A DNA stretch of 64,000 nt, taken from assembly GCA_946965045.2 (NCBI GenBank), contig OX337230.1, positions 1,240,001 to 1,304,000 on the forward strand, in the 5' to 3' direction. The position numbers and the translations under genes are program-made. Positions 23,001 to 32,559 of the stretch are shown here, in pieces (within the stretch, counting starts at the first letter, position 1; the number at the start of each line of letters is the position of its first letter). The notes under the pieces were generated by a model, which saw nothing but the letters and a program-made list of their open reading frames with translations, did no database searches and was not told the DNA's origin. The DNA is from Epithemia pelagica (Eukaryota > Protista > Bacillariophyta).

Positions 23001-24655
23001 CGACCCCACTACCCACAGGTACGCCCATTCAAAGTCCTATTGTTACCACTGCCTTGCCGACACGGGAGGAAAACGAGGAGGTGGTAATAACAGCACCAGA
23101 TGATGATCCAGTGGAAACGGATTCACCCATGCAACACGTGACTCTGGCACCCACGACAGTACTGACTCAACCATCCTTGTCTCCCATTGTGTCATCCTCC
23201 TCCACGACAGCTCCACAATCGGCGACTCCTCAGCCCCCACCGTCGTCCTCTTCTCCCGTGTCACAACCACCCTCTCCATCGGTTGTTGCACCCGTTTCTC
23301 AACCTCCTTCTGCTTCTCCTCTTGTTGCACCCACCTCAGCTCCGTCCTCACCGGTCACCCCCTCTCCTCCCATCACGCCGACACGGGCTCCCACACCGGC
23401 TCCAATGGCAGGACCGACACCACCTCCGTCGCCGTCTCCCACTGTCATGCCAACACCCGCACAACCGGCTGCATGGTACTTGGTGGGTTGGTCCTTGACC
23501 ACGACCAGTAGCGGTACCGGATACGGTACGGCGGTTGCCTTGGCCCAAGACCTTGTTGTTGTTGCGGAACCTCTGCAAAGCAATGGAGGGCAGGTGCACA
23601 TTTATCGTCGTGAATCCACGACGAGGAGTAGTCCAGCCACACCCAATTCCGATGGTAGTACCATGGACGAATGGATCTTGTTGGATACGATTGTCGATTT
23701 GACGGCTCTGGAATTTGGATCGGCCGTCGATGTGTCGATGGTGGCCGGACAAGCCAGTGTCGTCATGGGTGCTCGGGAAACCCGCGATACCGGCGATGTG
23801 GCTCATTTTGGATCAGTGCACTATTACGAATACTCCACAACAAGTGGTAGCAGCAATCCGTATACCAATTTGCAACCCGTGGGATCGCGCATGGCACCTC
23901 CCGTGTCTGTGTATGAAACAGGGGGACAATTTGGGTCGACGGTAGCCATGGCCCGGACCAGCAATCGTCGAATTGCCATGGGTGCTCCGGCCAGTGGAGA
24001 TTTTGGAAAGGCCAAGGCAGGACGAGTCTATACATACGAATACGACGGCAGTCAGTGGCAACCCATGACGGCCCAACCCCTCGTCGGAGATGCCGGCTTT
24101 CGACTGGGCACTTCGTTGACCATGTCCCGAGAAGGAGATCGCATCTTTGTGGGTGCACCCGCCGGACACCAACAAGACGGATCCGTCTTTTATTACGAAT
24201 GGAATGACCAAGCGGGCGAATGGGAATCCATTTTTTCCTTGCGGGGTCAAACCTCGCAGGAACAAGCGGGCACGTCTGTGGCCATTCTCAATGACAGTGG
24301 CAGTCTGATTGCCTTTGGCGGACCATCCTACAATGTCCATCAAGGTGTCATTCGAGTTTTTAGCGATATTGGAGGTGGCTTTTTTGTGCAACGTGGTCCC
24401 GACATTGTCGGATTGGATCAAGAACGCATTGGGACGACCTTGTGTGGCGCCCAAAATCGAATCGGCTTTGGCACGGCGACGGGATCGTGGTATGTCTATG
24501 AATACAATGGCACCGACCAGTGGGTCTCGGTTGCGACGACCGAACCAACCAACAATGTGGGAGCGGCCGTGGTTTCCATGGACATGTCCCACGATGGTAC
24601 CATGGTGGTCCTTGGCTTTGCCAATGAAGAAGTGCATGTTTATGAGTTACGATAG
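20090..24655 (+). CDS. Type II membrane protein with two FG-GAP beta-propeller domains separated by a Pro/Ser/Thr linker (~1521 aa)
   Basis: Single ORF with ATG at 20090. TM IVCAIGLAFAIGILMTVAAVGGMVWFV. Repeats FGTSVSVS..LVVGAP, FGMAVDIN..LGVGAP, LGQSVTF..VAVGAP, then a second set YGTAVAL, FGSAVDVS, FGSTVAMA..IAMGAP, LGTSLTMS..IFVGAP, AGTSVAIL..IAFGGP. Confidence 0.85.
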   Translation: MSQPNRNSLHQNGTTVGRRRRPDSDDHHHHLLRPATTNRLVEDGTAVSDYTEITVEEDEEQQDTHQLDPPTSSIRSTESRDDDENEFKDEEAYDSAMPQEYFDDDDNNMNHAAYEPYPEDYPARPGAHEADGAMAPMISFVPRPSAAAAAGMDEDTSTLSMGMDTLQQINHYGSAMAAHGAPYHPSTTTAPVAATRSTPPRPGLVIQQPVSSTNQPPFQSSSSSSSSAQRHQLSTIHNASPNSSSNHSPPELSIEDSVFLAHFRNMTSQPSPDNNHRIFTNNSNQSSPEPQDRSHRGVLTTTYQQQQQTKDQVPPLLRTAQDPPAATPRGGGAAVAHSATTGRRSHLWSTAPTPSSQQAPRPQPQPGTPTQNGGRRGAVPPPPSSRSQHPPSRGGGGGGRPLPSHSDPTIQLASSRPRVSSHNSPAAVDVELSTQVAERRPGGGSPPQQASPNAFPLYSPEPLPDDEQESFLESSSQYTSSRGGHRKQVTIVCAIGLAFAIGILMTVAAVGGMVWFVPLITNQNDDNDTNRTEPLGPTMAPSASPSRQEGVVDMELEQAFPFLNDDTTNTGDGWTTSVALSDSLLVLGTVDGTVLTYQKQTSTTSGDMATWTLVQQMEHFVYCADMELITDPSNDKVYLVVGDPDSGNAGSGAALVYAFDRNYNVWQELGISLVGISADDPTTTNGGDSQFGTSVSVSLTPNPRNPNQMEPRLVVGAPEHTNNDGTPLAGRVMVYHYQESTVNNFEWTPDTSFTLNGVVANGRFGMAVDINPDGTTLGVGAPGDSSFYLYEWDGTQWTQALHRQYPTELDLGQSVTFLSNTLVAVGAPSAQNNRGTIRSWYKDETDHTWKELDQVLVGVQQGDRLGKTASLAGGSVGGNQDTLLVAVTDSGRVHRYDFDSATKRFAQRFELILGAMPSALAILTPQQTTTNTNRSPFKVLVGFEGTNAPAAATLFTTTSQESGSVPTPPQPTPLPTGTPIQSPIVTTALPTREENEEVVITAPDDDPVETDSPMQHVTLAPTTVLTQPSLSPIVSSSSTTAPQSATPQPPPSSSSPVSQPPSPSVVAPVSQPPSASPLVAPTSAPSSPVTPSPPITPTRAPTPAPMAGPTPPPSPSPTVMPTPAQPAAWYLVGWSLTTTSSGTGYGTAVALAQDLVVVAEPLQSNGGQVHIYRRESTTRSSPATPNSDGSTMDEWILLDTIVDLTALEFGSAVDVSMVAGQASVVMGARETRDTGDVAHFGSVHYYEYSTTSGSSNPYTNLQPVGSRMAPPVSVYETGGQFGSTVAMARTSNRRIAMGAPASGDFGKAKAGRVYTYEYDGSQWQPMTAQPLVGDAGFRLGTSLTMSREGDRIFVGAPAGHQQDGSVFYYEWNDQAGEWESIFSLRGQTSQEQAGTSVAILNDSGSLIAFGGPSYNVHQGVIRVFSDIGGGFFVQRGPDIVGLDQERIGTTLCGAQNRIGFGTATGSWYVYEYNGTDQWVSVATTEPTNNVGAAVVSMDMSHDGTMVVLGFANEEVHVYELR

Positions 24656-24954
24656 ATCCACCCATTAGGATCTACAAATTTACTAGACACCCCGTTCTTC
24701 CTCCAAAAGACAAATAGATTGATTTGGAGCTTTCGAATTCGTTCCCAACGAGCATCCAAATAAACAATGCTTGGAGAGATGAGTCCGTATCAGCTCAACC
24801 ACTAGCTTCCTAGGTACCTGCCTTGTTGGTTCGTCGTGTTGTGTGTTCTCGCAGCGGCCGCACGTCTCAAGTTTTGCGGTTGCACCACGCAGACGGTACG
24901 CATACTTGCGGCTTGCTTGTGTCATCCACGATATCGATACACAGGAATTTGCCC

Positions 24955-26409
24955 TTACGAGGAGAAAGATGGTTCTGGTTGCTCGTGGAGCACCTTGTTG
25001 AACCGGTTGACCCAGGGACTTGTTGTTGATGACGTTGTTGTTGTGGCGGACCGTGTCGACGAAGCGCGTTCCAGTTGTTGGGCAATCCAGGCTTGTTCCG
25101 ACTCCAGAGGATTGTCCGGTATCGAATCGGTGGGCGGGTCCCCTGGTTGCCACCACCACGACCACCACCAAGAGTGGGACGACCGAAACGGTTGTTGTTG
25201 TTGTTGTTGTTGGTCCCGTTCCGATGCCAGACTGCGCTGCCACAAGGACGTGGCTTGATCGACACGGTCCAGGACTTGGTGTGCGAGGTCATCGCGAGGA
25301 ATCACCAGAGTATTGGACCATTGCGTGGCCTGGTCCGGATGGTCTAACAAAAAGTGCAACAGTCGTCCTTCGTTCTTTTGAGGAATCATCAAGGTGGATT
25401 GCAAGGTAAGCAGCAGAGTGGGAAGAGGATTTGTCACTGTCGACGCTTCACTGTACTGTTGATGCATATCGACATGCCATTGAACCATTTGTTGGACCAT
25501 GAGCTCGAGGTCCTTCCAGGTCGGTGGTGGTGGCACTGTTGCAGGGTGGTCGTTGTGTTGGGCAGTGCCTTGTGGCGGTGGCACATGTGTCTCGTCTTGG
25601 GCCACCAAGGCCACATCGACGGCTTCCAACAAAACGGGCAATGAAATGGTATGAATGACCTTGACATTGGTCATGCTAGTAGTAGTAGTTGCCCGTGGAT
25701 GGTGGGATATCGTTCCCATGATGTGTGAAATGTCGTCCGGTGTGAAAGCCACGTGTACGTTCCAGAGTGCTCCTTCGTGTGAAGAAATGTGAGTGACGAG
25801 CTCCATTACAAAGTCGTGCAACACGTGTCCCAAGACTCCCGGAGGACAAATCAAAATCACCTGGGTTGTCGTCGTGGTGCTAGAGGCTGCCACATGATTT
25901 TTGGTGGGTGTCAAAACCTCGACCATGTCTTGGGCTCCGGCAGCGGCATCGTCGGGCCACAATTGCCAGGCCCGTCCCGGTGGTGCCGCGTCCATGATCC
26001 AGGCCTGTTCTTGTTGCGGTTGTTGTGGTTGGTTCCTGTTGTTCCTTCCTGGGTGTTGTATCTGGGGAACAGGCTTTGATTGGAATTCCAAGTTTCGTTG
26101 TTCCAGAAGGAGTGGTGTCGTTTCCTCCTCGACATTTTGCAACTGCAAACTCAACACCAATATAGCCGCTGTCCAAAACATACCGGCACCGACCGCCACC
26201 AATCCCCATACTACTTTTTGCTTTTGTTGTTGTTGTTGTCTTCCAGCCGTGCGCCGCCGCCGCCGGCGATTGGGTGTGTTGTGTGACACTCGGGTGGAAG
26301 GAGGTTCCTCGTCGGTTTTCTTGTGGTTGTTGTTGTCGGTGGTTGTACTGACACCCACTGGTGCCAAAGGAGAACAAGTAGAGGAGCAATGCGACAGGGG
26401 CACCAACAT
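24955..26409 (-). CDS. Hypothetical single-pass membrane protein (484 aa)
   Basis: Long ORF with basic RRRRRR, TM VVWGLVAVGAGMFWTAAILVLSL and a globular C-terminal part. No confident family. Confidence 0.6.
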   Translation of the reverse strand: MLVPLSHCSSTCSPLAPVGVSTTTDNNNHKKTDEEPPSTRVSHNTPNRRRRRRTAGRQQQQQKQKVVWGLVAVGAGMFWTAAILVLSLQLQNVEEETTPLLLEQRNLEFQSKPVPQIQHPGRNNRNQPQQPQQEQAWIMDAAPPGRAWQLWPDDAAAGAQDMVEVLTPTKNHVAASSTTTTTQVILICPPGVLGHVLHDFVMELVTHISSHEGALWNVHVAFTPDDISHIMGTISHHPRATTTTSMTNVKVIHTISLPVLLEAVDVALVAQDETHVPPPQGTAQHNDHPATVPPPPTWKDLELMVQQMVQWHVDMHQQYSEASTVTNPLPTLLLTLQSTLMIPQKNEGRLLHFLLDHPDQATQWSNTLVIPRDDLAHQVLDRVDQATSLWQRSLASERDQQQQQQQPFRSSHSWWWSWWWQPGDPPTDSIPDNPLESEQAWIAQQLERASSTRSATTTTSSTTSPWVNRFNKVLHEQPEPSFSS

Positions 26410-26750
26410 GGTTGAAATTCACGCCAATCTCTCGGATCGACTCTTGCTTTCCCTGACTTTGACGTCTCTGGTCTATGCCTTCCTATTGTTCGCAGCGCAG
26501 ATATTCGTTCAGAAGACTAGCCGCTCTGCGCGATCGCGGGCCGGCTCGTTCCCGCCCGATTCCTACATGCGACCGCGATGTTTGTTTCCCGAATTCACGC
26601 CCACGTGCGTCTCACAAGCGATCAAGAACCGAGCAGACAACTTCAAGAACGTGACGTGGCTCTTCACAAATTGACCTTACGACAACGTCGAGATCCAACA
26701 AAAGAAAGCAAGCAAGAAAGAAGAGACGACACTCGACACACTGGAGAACA

Positions 26751-27560
26751 ATGATGACAATCAAGACTACAACAACTGTATGGCTGGCCCTTGCCGTGGC
26801 CTTGGTGAGCAACTTCAATGTATTGCCAGTGCAAGCCTTGGTAGTCTCCCCATCCAAGCCAACGTCTGTGACGACGACGACGACGAGTCGTCGACAATGG
26901 TTCAACGTGGTTGTGGGCGGTCTTGCGGCCACCACGATTCCGTCTCGCCCCGCCCAAGCCGATACCGGTGCCAACGTACGAGGCATTGATATGACGCCCT
27001 TTAATGGACTCATTTTCAATTACCGAGCATCCGACAGTCCCAGTAGTTTGCAGGCCAGTGACTTGGACGAACCCAGCATTTCCTACGCCGATTTTTGTCA
27101 AAAACTCAAGGATGGACAAGTTCAGTTTGTCGAATTTATGGCACCCAATGGAGATGCTGCCTACGCCACTCTCAAGGGACAAGAAGACAACCCCATTCGG
27201 GTCGGAGAAGGTACGCCGCAATGCGTCTGGAATATTTTTGTGGATGTAACTGGGAACCATGCCAAAACAACGTGAGTTCTCACACCCTTGGCTGTTGCAT
27301 TATTTCGTTTTCACTGGATTGGATTGTGCCCCACCATTCCACGTCACGTTTCTCGTTGGGTGGTCCCTTTGTCACCACTCTCCATTTGACACACGCACGT
27401 ACACACTTGCCCTTTCGCCATAACAGGCTATCCTATTGAACAATCGGATGGATGGAGCAGTCCGGCCTTTGCCATTCGAACGGTGCAAAATGCTGGTGTC
27501 CCTTACAAGTTTACCGTGCCGGGCATGAGTGCTTACAAAACGACGACCCCTAAAAAGTAA
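26751..27560 (+). CDS. Plastid/thylakoid-targeted protein resembling a stand-alone FtsH lumenal domain; exons 26751..27210 and 27427..27560 (197 aa)
   Basis: Signal peptide, transit peptide, twin-arginine SRRQW and A-Q-A cleavage site, then SISYADFCQKLKDGQVQFVEF. A phase-1 intron (GTACG 27211, aacAG 27426) gives GYPIEQSDGWSSPAFAIRTVQNAGVPYKF...stop. Confidence 0.7.
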
Positions 27561-27780
27561 CAAAATGAGGACATTTATTTGCGGACCAAGGCTCTTTCTG
27601 TTTCCCGCCCCTATTGTCTTGTATGTTGTATCGTGCACCGCTTTCCACGCTCCACGCCCATGGTCCGCGCGCGCCCAAGAACATGATACAATACTGTGGT
27701 AGGAGTTTCCGTTGCAACCTGTACTCGTATTTAGTCATCAGGATCCTCTAACTCCCTCCAACCACAAAATAAGGCATCCA

Positions 27781-27972
27781 GATGAGAAGAAACGATCAAG
27801 CGCAATGTCCTCCAATCTGGAAAAGGCACTTCGTGTGAGGTTTGACAGCAACATTGACTTTGTGGCGAACGAGAAGAGTTCTGAGCGTCGTTTTGAGCAA
27901 CAAAGACTTCAGAAAGAATGTGTCTCGAACGAGGAGTCTTCACTGGAAAATCTGTTGCTTCTTTTGCGTTTT
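27781..27972 (+). repeat. Truncated copy of exon 1 of the gene at 38484 (direct repeat of about 38460..38652)
   Basis: About 190 bp of near-identity; both encode MSSNLEKxLxVRFDSNIDFVANEKSxERRFE...NEESSLENLxLLLRF. This copy diverges just before the splice donor seen at 38656. Confidence 0.85.
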
Positions 27973-28234
27973 ACGTGCTTTGAAAAAATTTTGAGTTTTG
28001 AACGTGCAACTACACAACTCAGCGCTCTTTTCTGGTTTGGCCTCAGGCAGCCGTTGCCACATGCCACAGCCAACCAGAGAGAGAGAGTCTTAAAAGCGCT
28101 AAGGCTTACCAAGAGCAGGCAATTTTGTGTCAAACGATTGTGGAGTCGGACTGCTGACACAAATTTGTGAGCCCAAGCTTATGAAACCGCCTGCGACTTG
28201 CGAATGCCTATCATCTTCATTCCTTTCTTCTATA

Positions 28235-28654
28235 ATGTCTCGTTCATTGTTCAAGGTGCTCCCCAAAGTTCCGCCGGGAGGAGCGACGACGATTGCTCAT
28301 CGTCGTTGTGTTGGCCAAAGCCGGTGGAAATCCACCGCGTTCGGCAAGAACGAAAAGGACGATATGTCCTTTTCGACATTGCGAGACGAAATCAAGAATC
28401 TCAGCACGAAGATGGACACTCTGGCGAGCAAGATTGTGATCGGGATAGTGGTCGGGATGGGGGGACTAATGCTCTCTCTATATGGCGCTGCCGTCACCAT
28501 CCTACAAGCGCATTCCAGTACCGTGGCTGGACGCTTCGATGGCGTCTCTGATAAACTCGACGGCGTTTCACATGGTTTTGATGCGCAGGATGGCAAAATC
28601 GATGCCCAACAAGTGAAGATTGACTTTTCAAACAAGAAAGACCGCATTTGGTAG
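28235..28654 (+). CDS. Small mitochondria-targeted coiled-coil/TM family, copy 3 (intact, 139 aa)
   Basis: R/K/S/T-rich, acid-free N-terminal ~35 aa, heptads, TM IVIGIVVGMGGLMLSLYGAAVTIL, then C-terminal heptads RFDGVSDKLDGVSHGFDAQDGKIDAQ. Confidence 0.7.
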   Translation: MSRSLFKVLPKVPPGGATTIAHRRCVGQSRWKSTAFGKNEKDDMSFSTLRDEIKNLSTKMDTLASKIVIGIVVGMGGLMLSLYGAAVTILQAHSSTVAGRFDGVSDKLDGVSHGFDAQDGKIDAQQVKIDFSNKKDRIW

Positions 28655-28698
28655 TTTGTGCTTCTTGTTTGAAAAGTCAATCTTCACTTGTTGGGCAT
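28602..28698. repeat. Perfect 37-bp inverted repeat (23-nt loop) spanning the stop codon of family copy 3
   Basis: 28602-28638 atgcccaacaagtgaagattgacttttcaaacaagaa equals the reverse complement of 28662-28698. The right arm is absent from the equivalent position of the other copies. Confidence 0.95.
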
Positions 28699-29215
28699 GC
28701 CGGGGCGTCGTGTATGCGATATAACTATTTGATAGATATTGAGTTTAGAAAATCATCATTGCGTGTTGAGTCGAAACACTATTTTGGTTGTGTTTGTACA
28801 AACGCTTCCGAGGAAGCGCGGGGATTTCCTTCGTATTCACTAGTTTGGCTGGGATACGGCGGCTCTTGTGAGGGACCCGCGGGATCACAGAAGAGCCTCG
28901 TTCACATCTCCCTCCATTCAGAGACCAGACGGATGATAACAAACGAATAAAAATAACAAAATGTACTCGGCGAAGGGGACGACTCCAATGCAAATGTCCT
29001 TGCGCATCGTGTGGTTGGAATAATGTCGCTACCAACAACGTGTTCGTGGATCAATTTCACACCACTGTTCAGATGACAACAACAACATGGCCCACAAATC
29101 AACGAGCAACGAGACGCTACTGGAAGGACAATGATAGCCAAAAGTATTCCAATCCAGAACGTGTCATGCCTCATGAGAATAGCATTCCACGCAAAACCAG
29201 TTGCTTTACGTGTGT

Positions 29216-31185
29216 CTATGTTACGGTCGTGCTTGTGTACGTGGTTTTTTGTGGAGGCCGTGGTCCGGGCGTCCATCCCTGATCCTGTGCCAAGGCAAGG
29301 GACAAGCGTTTCCAATCCTCGTACAGAGGGTCGTTGGTTGGACAGACTACGGCCGTGGCACAAACAGTCGTTGGAGGAACTTCTAGTGTTTCGTCGTCTC
29401 GTTGCCGCCGGCCATTCCACAAGTTTTTCTGATGTTGCAAGGCCACCACTTGGTCCGGATCGTCCTCCATGTCGTGGTGGTGAGGTCCGTCCAACGTCGT
29501 GGGAGGAGAGGCAATGGTACAGGGCAATTGCAAGCGCAAATTGCGATACGAGCTGGTTGTCGTCGTCTTGTTGTTGTTGTTGTCATTTGTGTTGGACGAT
29601 AGGACGACCAAATCCATGACACATTCGTATTCCAATTTGACGGGTAGTGTCGAGACACTGGGCACGGCTCGTTCCGGAATGAGCAAGGTCAAACAGACCC
29701 GTTGAGTTGTTTCGGGATCGATGCGTTCGTGGGCCGTACACAAGAGCAATTGCTGAGCTCGGGTTCGAGATTGATTCGTCGGTGTTGTTGTTGTTGTTGT
29801 TGCAGTTGTATTAGTGGATGGTGCTTGCACCCATTCTGAACCTTGCACACACGCACTGACTTGGACACAGGGGACCCAATCCTGGACAATGGGAGAATCC
29901 CGACGAGGAAAGTCCCATTGCAATACCAAACGACTACCGGGAGTCACGGACAAGCGGACATTCGTGTTCTTGTCGTCGTCACTGTTGCTGCGGGGTGTTT
30001 CGTAGGGTGCCAAAACGGTCAAGATGGAGACGGGAGAGCCTCCAATTGGATCTGTCACTCGCAAGACGGGGCCGGGAGGAGCATGGACATGAAAGGCGGG
30101 ACTTTTTCCACGAGGAACTGTCAAGAGCCGGGTTGATACCGTGGAGAGGCACCATGCCATTCCGTTGCCGTCAAGGAACAAGGCAATCCACCCGTCGTAT
30201 CTTGAACCGTCAATCGCGACGATGACGACGACGACCCGTCCGTGGTACTGACCCTGGTCCCCAGGACGCATCGTTGGACGAGGACAGGAAATTTCAACCA
30301 TTGGACCCTGCCCTCGGCCGTTTCCACACGGAGTAAAATGGCATAGGAAAAGCGACACGACACAGCCATGGTCAAGGTACTGGGCAAATCGTCCGGTAAA
30401 TCCGCTCGAAACGCAAAGGTCCTCCAAGCAGCATGACCTTCGGGAAAATGATCATTTTCTTCATCTGGCATGGCGGACAATGACAACTCTGAAACAGTCT
30501 CGGATGTCAACGGAGCATCCTCGTCAGTCTCGTCGTCGTCGTCAACGTTGGGTGGTGGATTGGCCCAATCCTCTGTGTAGCGAATGGGCCGTGGTCTCAC
30601 ATCATTGTACAGCGGCACAGCGCCAACGCCTTGTTGTGGTGGTGACAGGGCAAGTAGATTGACCATTGCATTGGGCCGCACATGGGAGGATGCTGGTTGT
30701 TGTTGTGGTTGTGGATTGGATGGTTGTTGTTGTGGTTGTTGTTGTGGTTGTGGACGATTGGATTCGGGCACGGCCGTCCAAAAGACACGATGCCGTTCCG
30801 GCAGAGTTCGTGGTAGGTTTCGGACGGCTTGCAAGACATGGACACGGTCCTTGGGTTGTTGGTGGTCTTCCAGTGGTGGTTCTTCTTCCTCACGGCCATA
30901 GGCTTCCATATAATGGCTCGTCTTGTGCCATCGACTGTCCAACCGACAATATCCCACCACACACAAGCCAAGAGATTTCCAGGGAGGAGGTGATGAAACT
31001 ACCAGTCGAGTTCCATGCGTAGGATTAGTATTCGTGTCGTCGTCGTTGTTGTTGTTGTTGCAATGACGTTGTCGCTGGACTTGAATGGTTCCGACAATGG
31101 CTTGTCCCGGTCGAACGACGGGTCGACTCAAGGTAACTTGTACCACATGCTGTTCTTTTGGTTCCTGCTTCGGTTCGTCGTCCAT
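29216..31185 (-). pseudogene. RGP1-like gene copy with frameshift
   Basis: Split into ORFs 30121..31185 and 29216..30427. At ~30121 the plus strand reads tcaag-ag-ccggg versus tcaag-gaa-ccggg in the intact copy (net -1), giving RYQPGS*. Confidence 0.8.
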
Positions 31186-31553
31186 GTCGTGTTGTAGTAG
31201 AGTGGGGCTTTGGTTGTCCTTCTTCTTGTGGTCGTTTGGGTGGGATTTCGTTTGGATCCTTTTTCGTCATGGCGTTTTGGATCTTATCATCGCGATGAGT
31301 TCTGTTCGCTTAGGGAGGGGGTTACACGTTTCGAAGATCGAAGGGAAAAGCTATTAGCTCTACCTATGGGTCGAGAGAGCTAAGCTTGTCTCTGAGTACG
31401 GGACTCTCTAGCTAGAGGAATACTCTAGCAGGCAATTTTGTGTCAAACGATTGTGGAGTCGGACTGCTGCCACAAATTTTTGAGCCCAAGCCTATGAACT
31501 TGCGAATGCCTATCATTATCATCCCATTCAAATCTTCATTCCTTTCTTCTATA

Positions 31554-32024
31554 ATGTCTCGTTCTTCATTGTTCAAGGTGCTCCCCAAAGTTCCGCCGGG
31601 AGGAGCGACGACGATTGCTCATCGTCGTTGTGTTGGCCAAAGCCGGTGGAAATCCACCGCGTTCGGCAAGACCGAAAAGGACGATATGTCCTTTTCGACA
31701 TTGCGAGACGAGATCCAGAATCTCAGCACCAAGATCCAGAATCTCAGCACGAAGTTGGACACGCTGGCAAGCAAGATTGACACGCAGGCAAGCAAGATTG
31801 TGATCGGGGTAGTGGTCGGGATGGGGGGACTCATGCTCGCCCTTTATGCCGCTGCCGCCACCAATTTTCAAACGTTTGCTAGTACCGTGTCTAGTCGGTT
31901 CGATGGCGACGCACAGAGATTCAACTCCATGTCCGAATTCCTTTCGCATCGTTTTGATGCGCAGGATGCCAAGATCAATGCCCAAGAAGTCAAAATTGAA
32001 TATACCAACAAGAAAGGCCGCTAG
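31554..32024 (+). CDS. Small mitochondria-targeted coiled-coil/TM family, copy 4 (intact, 156 aa, heptad-expanded)
   Basis: Same architecture as copy 3, with 21-nt duplications encoding IQNLSTK x2 and DT(L/Q)ASKI x2. Confidence 0.7.
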   Translation: MSRSSLFKVLPKVPPGGATTIAHRRCVGQSRWKSTAFGKTEKDDMSFSTLRDEIQNLSTKIQNLSTKLDTLASKIDTQASKIVIGVVVGMGGLMLALYAAAATNFQTFASTVSSRFDGDAQRFNSMSEFLSHRFDAQDAKINAQEVKIEYTNKKGR

Positions 32025-32559
32025 AAGTTGTGCTTTGTGCATGTCGGGGCGTCGTGTATGCGATATAACTATTTGATAGATATTGAGTTTAGAAAATCAT
32101 CATTGCGTGTTGAGTCGAAACACTATTTTGGTTGTGTTTGTACAAACGCTTCCGAGGAAGCGCGGGGATTTCCTTCGTATTCACTAGTTTGGCTGGGATA
32201 CGGCGGCTCTTGTGAGGGACCCGCGGGATCACAGAAGAGCCTCGTTCACATCTCCCTCCATTCAGAGACCAGACGGATGATAACAAACGAATAAAAATTA
32301 CACCATGTACTCGGCGAAGGGGACGACTCCAATGCAAATGTCCTTGCGCATCGTGTGGTTGGAATAATGTCGCTACCAACAACGTGTTCGTGGATCAATT
32401 TCACACCAATGTTCAGATGACAACAACAACATGGCCCACAAATCAACGAGCAACGAGACGCTACTATAAGGACAATGGTAGCCAAAAGTATTCCAATCCA
32501 GAACGTGCCATGCCTCATGAGAATAGCATTCCACGCAAAACCAGTTGCTTTACGTGTGT

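Noticed and set aside
17135-24668. Many long antisense and alternate-frame ORFs over the FG-GAP genes
   Set aside because: Shadow ORFs expected from GC-rich, Pro/Thr-repetitive coding sequence; no motifs.
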